Part shown: positions 10,930 to 22,000 of the stretch, one piece after another
Layout of the letters: the number at the start of each line of letters is the position of its first letter
How positions within the stretch are numbered: position 1 is the first letter of the stretch
Assembly (NCBI GenBank): GCA_001244265.2
Contig: CDLV01000007.1
Span: forward strand, 1,550,001 to 1,614,000
DNA: 64,000 nt
Direction: 5' to 3'
Source: Microbotryum violaceum
Taxonomy: Eukaryota
Notes under the pieces: model-generated
What the model was told of the DNA's origin: nothing
The model's input: the letters and a program-made list of their open reading frames with translations, nothing else
The model's database searches: none
Made by a program: the position numbers and the translations under genes

Positions 10930-11825
10930 GTTAGTTCCACCTCCGCTGACCAAGCCGAGGGTCCAGGGAACCAGAGCCTTGAGGCCGGCACCGTGGGGGT
11001 CCCAATTGTGCCCGATGACAAGGCGGCGCACAACGGGATTCGAACCCACGTCCACCCTTGGGTGAGTTCCAGGTACAGTGATGTAAGGCCGGTGGCCTTA
11101 CAGAAGGATCGCGAGTACTGGGCCGATCGATTCGTCGTCGAAATGGTATTGTTGACTGTGTTCGTTGTTTCAGATCGGTTCCGAATGAAAGTGTTCCTCT
11201 AAGACACAGAGAGAGGACCGAGACTGAACTACACAAAAGTGGGAAACCGGCTAATAATGGTCCAATATTCGGTTAGCCGGGTTTCGGCCAGATTCAGTCG
11301 TTGGTTATGTGCGTGCGAGGCCGCTCGGGCCTCACACGGACCCCTTGACGTGGTCCGAGCTCACAGTCATATCGCTACCACCACGATTTGACCCAGGGGC
11401 TACCGAGTCTGTTTAGGCCAGACACATTCGTATTCGGTCGTACTCTCACTAAGTAGAATGACGTTTGGGTCACGGCAATTGCAGCAGCGAGACCACGAAA
11501 GTTATCTCCCCAAACGATGAGCAAAACAGGACTGCAAAACGAGGTGAGGGCTAGGGTATATGTCCTCTGCGCCGGTCGAACGGCACACCTAGTCACCAGA
11601 GTCAATCGCGCACGGAGGGGAGCTCGTCATCACGCTTGGTATATGATTGTGGGCTGCGATGATGGATGTGGACAGGTAAAACGACTTGAAGGGGGGCGAA
11701 CACGTCTGCGTCAGGGTAGGTGCTAGGAAGAAACACAACGAGGAAGACCGAAAGAAGAGAAGAGCCGTCTGGGCTCAACGAGCGAAGGTGCAGAGGGAGA
11801 CTCGGGTTAATGCGAGGAAGGCGCT

Positions 11826-14623
11826 CTAGAGCAGTGCTTGGCGTGCGATGCGCTCGACCTTGCGCTTCTTCGGGTTGAAGACCTCGGTCGGTCCAAAGTG
11901 CTCCTCAGCCCACTTGCGACATTGCGTCGATGCGCGGAAGAACTGTAAGAAAACACGCGGCGTGAGTCTTTGATCGACATACAAAACAGGATCACCGGCT
12001 TCAGGACAGAGTCTGCGACTGACCTTTTTAGCGGCGTACTTCTTGATGAAGTTGGGGTGCTCAACCTCGTGCGCAGTCGGGCTCGTCTGGAGCGGGTTAT
12101 CGACCATAGCCGGTGTCTTGTCGGACGAGAGCGTTGGCGACGTGCGGACGACGTAATCCAGCATGAGCTGGGCCGTAGGCTTCAACTCTTCCTCGCTGTA
12201 GCCGGAGTAGTGTACCAGGTTGGCATCCTATTGTGTAACGATTCATCATCAATGGTCAGCTCACGCTCATGCGCGCGCGTTGCGTCACCACGGTCGGGGG
12301 CACGGGGGTACGGTCGCAGGACTCACCCATGGACCCTTGTCAAGGACCTTACGCGCCAGCCAGTTCCCTGCAGCGGCGATCAAGCTCGGCGGGCAACCCA
12401 TGAACTTGTGATCGACAATGCTAATTTCCATCAGGAACTTGGCCATCGTGCGCGACTGGATGTCGTATCCGTCGGCTTTTGAGATGCGGCGCAAGAAGTT
12501 GATCGGATTCGGGTACGAGAGGTTGAATTCGATCATTGACAGGACGTAGCGCTCGGCTTTGAGAATCTCGTCGTCGCCGTAACCGCCGTCGGTCATATAG
12601 AGGAAGTTGGCGACCGAGGGGCAGACGACCTCCTCGTACTTGGCCGCGATGAATAAGGCCGTGACACCGACGAGCTGGAACTTGACCAAGGACACAACTC
12701 GCGTCGACAAGAAACGGTCGATGATGTTGGTCGCCAGAAAGATGGTCTCAGGAAGCAGACGGAACTTGGTGTGAATCTCGACCAGCCAGTCAATGAGGAT
12801 GCCCCGCATCTTCCACGTGATCTCGTTCTGGTTCGCCATGTAATCCGTCTCTGGCATCGTTGTGAGCTACAAGATAAGTAAAAGAACACCTAAATCAGTT
12901 AATCCTGTCGACTACGCGTGTTGAGTCTCAGCAGTTGGAAGCCCCTGTCCGCGTCGCGTGAGCGAGCGCGCATCAGACGCGAGCACGCGCGCAGGACGGT
13001 CGCACGACCGGTGCACGTCGCGCACAGGTCACGTGAGATCGCGGCGCACATCAAACACACAATCGCGACAACTCACCTCGAGTTCCTTCAAATAATCGTA
13101 CACCTCTACTACATACGCTGAAACCATCAACGGGTCCTCCTCGTCGCCTTCGTCAAGATCTTCCCATCCCTCGTCTTTGGCCGGCACATGATCGAGTCCG
13201 GGGCCCTTCTCAGCAACATCGACCACCTCGTCGTAAGCATCCGCGTCTTCCTCGTCATCATATTCATGGTATTCGGGTTCACTCGTCCTGAGCTTCTTGC
13301 TGCGGTGTTGTGCTTCTGCCTCCTCTTGACGCGCCAGTTCAAGCTCATCCGCAGCGGCCTTGGCCGCCAATTCCGCTAGCTCTCGTCGCTGCCTCGCACG
13401 TAGTGTCGCCGCGCTCGTCGCCGTGGTGGCGACGGTCGTTGATCGATGAGAGACCGTTGTTGTGGAGGTGGTGGACGCGTTGACCCGTTTTGGAGCCAGT
13501 GCAGGGCGGCGTGTGGCCGCGATGGGGGCTTCGGCGCTGACCTTCCCGCCGATCGAGACTTTCCGCATGGGTCGAATCTGTCGTACGGGTGCTGCTGTCG
13601 CGGCAGGCTCGTCGATGGCCATCGCATGATCATCATAGTCCTCGGGTGTAAGTTCGTCCGAAGGTCCGACGGAGGTGTGGTCGTGCTCTTCGTCTTTCAT
13701 CGCACTTCCCCCTGTCGAGGAGCGGGTGCGGTATGTCCGACGTGTGGTCGTCGATGAGCTGGCATGAGGTGCCGCGTCAAGGTTCGACGTCGATGCCGTC
13801 GCCGAAGCAGTCGTAGCAGATGCTGGTGCGGTTGCTGCGGCCTTGGCTTTGGCACCGTTGGTCACGTCGGCGAAGGCGGACCTTTTGCGCAGGTTGACCG
13901 TAGCCGCGGCGGTGATGGCACCCGCGGTGGACGCGTTGGAAGACTATTGATGACAAAATTAATCGGAAATGTACCGTTGTAGTGGTCGGATCGTGGTGCG
14001 AGTCAATATATCAGACGGCATGAGACGCGATGTTGTCGTTGTTGTTGTTTGTTGTTCGGTCGTGACGTGTGGGCGTCACGCGAGACGAGAGAAAGGGGGT
14101 GATGATCGACGACGTCAGCGCACATTCTCGCCGCATAGCAAGCGGGACCGATCACGTCGTCCATCGCGGTGGCGAGCCAGCGAGACGCGCCCGACCTCGA
14201 GCACATGCAAATGAAACACAGCAACTGACCTTGACACCGAGCACGTTGATGGGCTTGGTACCGTTCGTCAGAGGGTGACCTCGAGTTGTGGTAGCGAGCG
14301 CCAACGCCGACGGCTTGAGCGCGATCGGTTGTTTGCCCGCGAGCGCGGCGGAGGGCGCGTGGGCGAGGCCAGCCTTGAGTGACTGCTCGTTCTCGGTGCC
14401 AGTGCCGACCGGTACCGCCGATCGACGGGTCGTTCTTCGGCTCTGTGGGTGACAACAGGAACGGTGTCGCGGAAAGGGGTGGGTATTGGGGTGGGTGTGG
14501 ACGGGAACACGCGGCGGAGAATGGTAGAAGGCGCGGTGAGGTAAAGCGGACGAGTTGAGTGAGCGAACAGCCATCTCTCGGACCAAGCACGGTAGGGCAC
14601 ACTCGAACGCATCGTCCGACCAT
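11826..14623 (-). CDS. G2/M B-type cyclin (Clb/Cdc13-like), multi-exon
   Basis: Cyclin box MRGILIDWLVEIHTKFRLLPETIFLATNIIDRFLS..FQLVGVTALFIAAKYEE, plus HYSGYSEEEL and KKYAAKK. Destruction box RSAFADVTN at ~13857-13883. The start is inferred as an ATG-only first exon. Confidence 0.95.
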
Positions 14624-16122
14624 GGCGATGGGTGCGTGCAAACAGATAGACTGATCACTCACAGTCATGATCGAGCACGGTCAAGAAGCCGCGATCGTCG
14701 ATTTAGGAGGCGCCACGCAGGTTCGACGGGTGGAGGGCGTAAATCAAGGGGCGACGACGGCGGATGAAGGCGATTCCAAAGCTCGCAGCAGGCAACGCTG
14801 GACTGTAGGATGCGAAAGGGAGCGAAAGGGAGCGCCTCACACAAGGCCGATTTGAGCCATGCCTGAGCTTGCCTGAGCCCTAACGTTCAGCCCGCTGACA
14901 ATAATCGCGCCAGCTCGCGCTTGGTCGTGAGCGCGCCAGCTCGCGCCCAGACGCGCGACCGCGATGGGAGCTACAGCCGCGCCAGGCCGCGCCTAGGACT
15001 TCAACGTCCGATCATGAAACGATCCGACTTGCCGCCCAAGTGCTCCGGCATGCCTGGGTCACCAACGCGTTATTTTGCACTAATCCTGTCCTACAATCCG
15101 CTGTCTGGAGAGGTAGGTATGGGACAGCAGGTGGACGAATTTCGGCTGGTAGTCAGCATTGTCGTCTACATCGGAAAATATGACAATTTGGGTGGAATGC
15201 ATATGGTGAGCTCAATTATCCTCCGGGATGACAAGTCACAGTGCTGATTATATTCCAGAGGCGAGGCGAAATTGGTCTAGTTGCAGTAGAGTTAGTAGTT
15301 GAAAGTAGCCAAGTAAAATTGCTCGACATCTGTACCTATCGAGCAATTCTTGTGCAGGGACAGGTGAGGACCACCGCGCAGCACGACGCGACCGCCGGCC
15401 AAAATGTCTCCGGGGCCGACGGTATTCATCATCATGGTGCGACAGTAACGTCGCGACGCGTCCCTAGTGGCACACCAAAACACAAATACTGTCGGAAAAC
15501 ATTTTGATTTGGCACATTGCCGAACACATTACCCTAAGAGAATGACTCTGGCAGCTGCAGCAGAAGAGTTCTTGACTCGGGCATACCACTCGTGCAGCAT
15601 TGTCGAGGTCCATTGCAAGATCTTAACTTCATACGAGATTCTTGTGTGGTGAGTTGCGGTGGGCGAAGATGAGTGTATGCATTCACGCTGAGCTCGAGTA
15701 GTTGATCACTGTAGTAAGATGATTTGAGTAAATGAAAAGCTCTGAACTCAGTAGTGACGGTCGGCCAAGACATTTCGACCGAGGAGCTGACGTTGATCGA
15801 GATGTTGATCGAGACCGAGGAGCTGCGGTCCGTGCGCGCCACAGGCCGGGCAATCGGCTTTGGTGCGACCTCGCACCATCCAAGTGCATCGCGCCTTCTG
15901 TCCTCAGCCTCTTCCCCCATCTTCCTCCCTCTGTTGCTCGCTATCCACTCTTTTTCTTGCTCGTTATCCCCTCCCCTCCCTCGTAGCTCGAAGCGAATCT
16001 CAGTCGCGTCCAACAACCCAGTTGGGAAGATGCTGATCTGATCTTGCCCTGCCCACCTTGCCGAACCTGTATCTACCGCTGCCTGCCGACTGTGTCGTAC
16101 GAGGGAGCAGTCGTCCAGCACC

Positions 16123-18490
16123 ATGTCGCAATCCGGCCACAACGAGCAGACACTCGCCGAGGGTCGTGACGCAGCCACTGGAGGTCAGCCGCAGCGCCTC
16201 GCTGTGCATGTCGAAGAGCTCGTGTCCGTCTTGAGTTGTCGTGGCGATTCATTCATTCAGCATAGCCGTAGCTCGCTCTTCTACGCCTTCTTTCACTACG
16301 TCGCGGGCAACACGCTTGCTTTCCTGACGACCCTCGTCGTTGCACCTGCTTCGATTTTGTTCGACCCTCTCTCTACGATTGCCACCCTGATCAGCTACCC
16401 GGTAAGCTTCAACTGATTAGATGGGGTTATTGGTTGTGCTTTTGATTTGCTACGACCGAATCGTCGGCCGTGAGTCGTGACGGAAGGTCGTTCGCTCGCG
16501 CTCTTTGAGGGGGCCCCCCACTTCAAGGGCCGCGCCGCCCGAGAGGAGCTCACGCTCCCTGCCATCTGGACTCGTCCTGCACAATAAAGTCTTCCAACCC
16601 AGATTAACCGACTGAATACTTCTCAAAGGTCATCTACACGATCCTGTTCGTTGCGATCTTTGGGCTCTACCTTGCTTCGAGCATGGGCGGATCGGCGCTG
16701 ATCAACTACATCAGCCGCAAGTACGCCGATGGGTACAGCGCAGTCAACTGGGCGTCTCCCGCATTGATCAACTCTGCTCAATCGGCGAATACGATCCGAT
16801 CGGCTCGTGCGACTCTCGGAGGGCTGAAGACGACTTTCCCCGACGCCGTAGCACCGGGAGCGCTCCCCAGCTCACCCCCCAAGACGAACCGCATCTTTGA
16901 CCTCGATGTCGCAAAGGCGTGCCTGAGTATGTGTGCTCTCGTATACGAGCGCGACGACAAGCTCGTCGAGAAGGCCGTAGCCAAGGCTGCTCGGGGTGAT
17001 GTCCAAGGCGCCGAGGTACTTCTGCTCGACAGTGAGACCACCATTCGGGAACAAGCGGCCAAGTGGGACTTGAACTACGAAGGCATCTCTGATCTCTCGT
17101 CTACGAGTGGCCCTTTTGCGAGCGCATTCTACACGCAATCGGGTGAGGAGAAGCCCTTTATCGTTCTAGTCTTTAAGGGAACGACGCCGAGCAAGTAAGT
17201 GCATTGCTTTGGGACACCAGCCCCATTACTCCGAGGGGCCTGACCACCCTTGCCCTCCGTTACCCACCCTCGCTGCGTAGCTACGCCGAGTTCTTGACTA
17301 ATGCTACGATCACCCGCATCAACGCGACGAGCTGGTTCGGCGATGGCACTGTTCACGAAGGTTTTGCGACCTCGCTCTTCCCCATGTTCGATGAGCGCAC
17401 CGACGGTTTCGGGCAGATCCTGTTCCAGGTGGGAGGCAGCTTCGCTTGACTCGGACTCTGCGCAGGGAGCGCCGGGGTGCCAGGAGCCGACGCGCTGACC
17501 ACCCCACCGCCTTGGATGTTGATCACACCAGCTCAAGCACATCGCGGAAACGTTGTCGCCGGACCCCGAAAGCTCGCCTGTTCCTCTCTTCGTCACCGGC
17601 CATTCTCTCGGCTCTGCCCTTGCTTCGTTGTTGTACACGCGACTGTTGCGTGTTCCCTGCGACCTCGGGAAAGGTATCGTGCTCAGGGACTGCTACCTCT
17701 ACGGAACCCCTCGTGTAAGTTACTCGCGTCGAGAGAATCTCTTTCTTGGGGCTTCCGGTGAAGCGTGCCTCATCGACGCATCTTTGCTTCCTGCAACAGC
17801 TCGGAGATGCCCAGTTCGCTGCCAAGTTTGAAGAGTCGACCATCAGTGAGTAATGTGGCTCGGCCCCGCCACGTGCCAACGCGAATGAACACTCATCCGC
17901 TCCTCTTCACAGCCCCCATCAACCGTCCCAACATTATGTGGCGTGTTAAGAACAATCGAGACATCGTGACCCGGATCCCTGCCGGCTTTGCTCACCCTCA
18001 GGCCGCTGGCATGGTCGGCACCTCAACGTCGGTCCTCAATTACGCCCACATCGGGGTGGAGATATACCTTCGGCCCCACAAAGCACCCTATTATGAAGCG
18101 GACACCACCCAACTACACCATGCGACGCGTGTCGTCATCGTCAAAGATGGTTCGCAACATCCTCCCATGAGCTCACGCTTGGTCGCCTACAATTCGAGCT
18201 ATACCAACGCACTTCGTTGGGCGCTGTGCTTTCTTTTGCCCGACTTCGCGTGGGATCACCTCCCCGCTTCGTACGCTCAAGTGAGTCGAACTGAGGCTAG
18301 GCTGACAGAAACATGCCAAATCTTGGGATTTCTTATTACTTTCACTGGTACTCTTTCACAGCACCTTGACCAGATTACGGCAACGGGTGTCGGAGGATCC
18401 GCTCGCGGAAAGAGGCAGGAAGCGCTCACCGTCGGGGCTGCTGCTCGTCCTAACGCCGCCGGACCTCTCGCGTCAAGCTCCCGCGGATGA
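16123..18490 (+). CDS. Class 3 lipase (alpha/beta hydrolase), multi-exon, with a hydrophobic N-terminal segment
   Basis: IVLVFKGT, GTVHEGF, LFVTGHSLGSALA (GxSxG nucleophile), YLYGTPR, RVKNNRDIVTRIP, NYAHIG and WDHLP, with canonical GT-AG introns. Confidence 0.9.
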
Positions 18491-19028
18491 GCATGTGCTT
18501 TGCCATCCTTCGCAGTCTCGTCTTCCAACACTCCAAACGTGCTTACTGTTCCACTAAACTGTATCGTCGAAGCTTGTCGTCTTCGCTCTCAACGTTTTTG
18601 TAGGGTTAGGGGCCCACAACTCGTCCTAAGCACCTTAGCACGTTCCGCCGCTTGCACACCTCCGAGATCCGCTCCCGAAGGCTTCGCTTCAGTAGGATGT
18701 TCCATCTTGCTGTAGTTCAGAGCATTCGGCCTGTTTCCCAGTGCATGAAGACGTCGAGCTCCACTCGCTCCCAAAGCAATGGAGTCACATTCATCTTTTC
18801 CAACATCAAGCTCTCACAGTCTTCTACAGCCAGATCGTTTGTACAAAAAACTCGTCCGCTAAGAGCGTCTAGTTCCGAGGTGATGGGTTGAGACGCACTG
18901 AAGCCGGAAGAGAGGTATATGAGGAGCAAAAGCGGTGCTGCGCAGGGCGGAGACGATACAGGACGAGACAACAGGGGTGTTATCCGATACAGGTGGGGGT
19001 GCAGACGATGAAATCGCACGATGGCGAT

Positions 19029-22000
19029 CTACAAAATGGGCTCGCCGTGATCGAAAGATCGACGATCACGTAGAGCGATGTTGCGCAGGCCGACGTCGAT
19101 CTGCGACGCCGTGCCCGCTTCGGGATGGCTGTTCAAGAGACCGTTGCTGTCTGATTGAGTGTGAAGGAAAGGGATGAATATGAGCTAAGAGTCACGAGCT
19201 GGCCGAATAAAGAAAACCTCAAGTTTACTCACAGCTTTTAGGGGTGGAGCCATCGCCCTGAACCTGGTGGAGTGCATTCGCTACGAGTTCGGCGGCCGGG
19301 GCGAACGAGAGCGCAACGGCTGTCTGCGATTGCATCTGCTGTTCGAAGCTCGTTGGTGATGCGCCGAGGCTTTGCACCCCCATAGCGGCGTATTGCCGAT
19401 GCAAGCTGGCCGAATCAGACTCCATCGCCGCATCGCCGGCAGTGTTGACCATGTACAGATCCGAGTCGAGTTGCATTTGACCCACGGCTTGCGCGTACAT
19501 TTGCTGCTGGGGCAGCAGTTGCTCTTGTTGTCGATTATGCGCGACCTCTTGATTCTGCTGATTCTGCTGATGCTGTGCGAGCGTAGAAGAGGGCGACTCA
19601 GGTCGACCCTGGTTCATCGGGTGATCGGGTCCCATGAGAGAAGGGAGCAAGTTCGATCTCGATGCCTCGGCGTGATACTGCTGCTGCTGCAGTTCAGCCC
19701 GACCATCGCTGTCCGTTAACGACACGTGTTGCATCCGTGGTGAGAAGAAGGTGTCTCTTGAAATGACAGGGCTCGCCGATTGAGAAACGGGCGCCGAGAC
19801 ATCGTGATCGCTCGACATGGTCAACGACAGGACGTCTATTGCGCCGCAAAGACATAGGTAAAAGGAAGCACAAGCAGATTCATGTCAGTGTCCGAACCCA
19901 AACTCAGAGCTCAAAGAAATGAGGTAAGCATACCATTTCGTTCGGAGGGCGAAGCGACAAGAATCGAGACCTTGGACGAGATCTCGTTCGGTTTGCCCGG
20001 ATCGGTCGCCCCATGGATATACGCAACTGCCTCGATTTCGAAAGTCTGGCCGTGAGCGAACTCGGGAGCTTCGCCGGTCAAGAGGTGATCGTGCCAATGC
20101 AGCCATGTTGGTAAAGAAGGCGAACTGAACGTAACGAGAGCGGGCGAAATCGAGCATTGTGGGTCCCACACTCGCGGCGCCCACGTCCACGGCAAACCGA
20201 CGAAGGCAACCTGAGGTGCGTTTCCCTTAATGCAGCGCTCGAACGTGCGGAACACCCATCGTCGTTCGAAATCCTTCTTGGCTTCAATCGTCCAGATGTG
20301 GTTCCCTTTCGACTTGGCTTTCTTGCCGTCGTCGTTGTATCGCGAAATGCACGACTGCGACCATAAGTACTGCCGCACGCGTTTGGTCGGGATGTCGACA
20401 TCCGTGAATCCTGCAGCGCCGAGGCGCTCGCTGAAGGCGGAGGTAAAGGCTGCTATTCGGAATTTGAAGGGGCGGAAATCGGCGCTTTGGTCCAGCCGTT
20501 CCATCTTCTTGGCCATCAAAGTCTGATGAATGACCTCGCCCTTCGAGTCGGTCGCTTCGAGGTTAGAGCACAAATCGCACAGGTACTCATTGAAAACGGG
20601 GTCCATACGTGCGCGGAGTTCGGGTGAGACGGTCGCGTAGGTTTGCGCCAGCGAGCTCGCGGCGTTGGACTTGATGACCACGGCGTCTTCAAACTCGTCC
20701 TCGAGCTCGTCCTCGTCATCGACCTCGCAAGGTGGGCCAAACACCGAGCTGGCCGAGGATGCCGTGCGAGAGCGAGTTTCGGAGAGAGTCTGGTAGCCCG
20801 AGCCCGAAGCCGCGCGAGAACGAGAGCCCGAAGCCGAAGCATAGCCCGAGCCGGAGGCTGCCCGTGACCGAGCGGGCCGCGAGCTGATGGTCGGTGTAGC
20901 ACCTGCACTGGTCGGGGATTGAAGCGAGACGTGCGCTGCTAGTGTTGGTTCGACTACGCTCGTCTCCGCGGCCGTCAAGGCGGCATGTGTTGGGTCGCTC
21001 CTCCACCCGCTTCTATTCATGTCGTCGAAGGCAGATTCGGCCGAAGATCCGTCCGCGAGCATGCTTGTTTCCACGACATCCGGGTAGAGTGCCGTCAGGG
21101 CTGGGTGGCTTCCGGGCTGAGGATGCACTCCTCCGTTCGCGGAAGCTGAACCGAGAGACATCTGCAGTTGCATCAGGGCGCCCATCGAGTAGTCGGCATC
21201 GTACGCAGACAGCGGAGCCGAGCTCGTCGCAAAAGCGCCGAGGGTGGGTTGTGAGACAGTGCGAGCGCGACCGTAAAGCTTGGCTTGCATCGTGTTCGGC
21301 GACAAGGGTTGGGACTGAGTCGAGTTGACCGAGGTGATGGTGGCCATGGTAGGCGGCATCGGCATCGGCGAGTGAGACGGCACGCTGCCATTGTCTGCCA
21401 CTACTCCCGAAGGTAGTTGGGTTGCTGCCGCAGCGGCGGCGGTCGCTGCCAAGACGAAATCTTGCTGCTGTTGAACAGCTACCGTGTTCGTCTGGGCCTC
21501 GAAATCTTGGCGATGCTGTTGCTGGCCAAAGCGAAAGGGTTCCGCGGTGAGCACGCGTAAAACTAATTGGTTCAGAACCTGATAAGAAGTGACTCACTTC
21601 GGCCTGAAGCACATGTTGGGCCTGAACGGCGACAGCGGCGGCATGTTGTTGTTGCTGTTGAGCTGAAACGGCTTGCTGATACTGCTCCTGTCGGAACTGT
21701 TGCTCTCTTCGTGCTGACGCGTCGGCAACCGCTCGAGCCTGTTGTTCGGCAGCCTCTTGCTGTGCTCGTACGTGTATGTCGGCTTGCATCTGAGCCTGAG
21801 CCTGAGCCTGCGCTTGCGCCTGCGCCTGAGCCCGTGCTTGTGCTTGTGCTTGAGCCTGTGCTTGCGCTTGGACCTGCGCTTCGTGAGCGTGAGCGGCGTG
21901 TTGCTGCTGCTGAGCGACCGCCTGCTGCATCTGCTGCATCTGCTGCATCTGTTGCGCCTGTTGCTTAATCGCTGCTTGCTGACGTTGCATCGACTGGACG

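Larger units (their letters stand above)
906..11102. mobile_element. Putative solo LTR (~260 bp), split into 906-999 and ~10933-11102 by the CACTA insertion
   Basis: Begins TGTAAGG (906) and ends CCTTACA (11102), a 7-bp TG...CA terminal inverted repeat. Each end also has its own TGTAAGG..CCTTACA hairpin. There is a TATA-like GATATAAG at 970-977. The flanks (AAATC / GAAGG) do not form a TSD. Confidence 0.4.

Noticed and set aside
11020..11110. tRNA gene on the minus strand
   Set aside because: Only a T-loop-like motif is present; no acceptor stem, D-arm or anticodon arm could be folded.
15240..15830. Possible small spliced gene or short duplications between the cyclin and the lipase
   Set aside because: Exons can be strung together, but they give no recognisable protein and the splice signals are weak.
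18601..18611. TAGGGTTAGGG telomere-like repeat (also GGGTTAG at 991 and 10928)
   Set aside because: Fewer than two full units, which is expected by chance.
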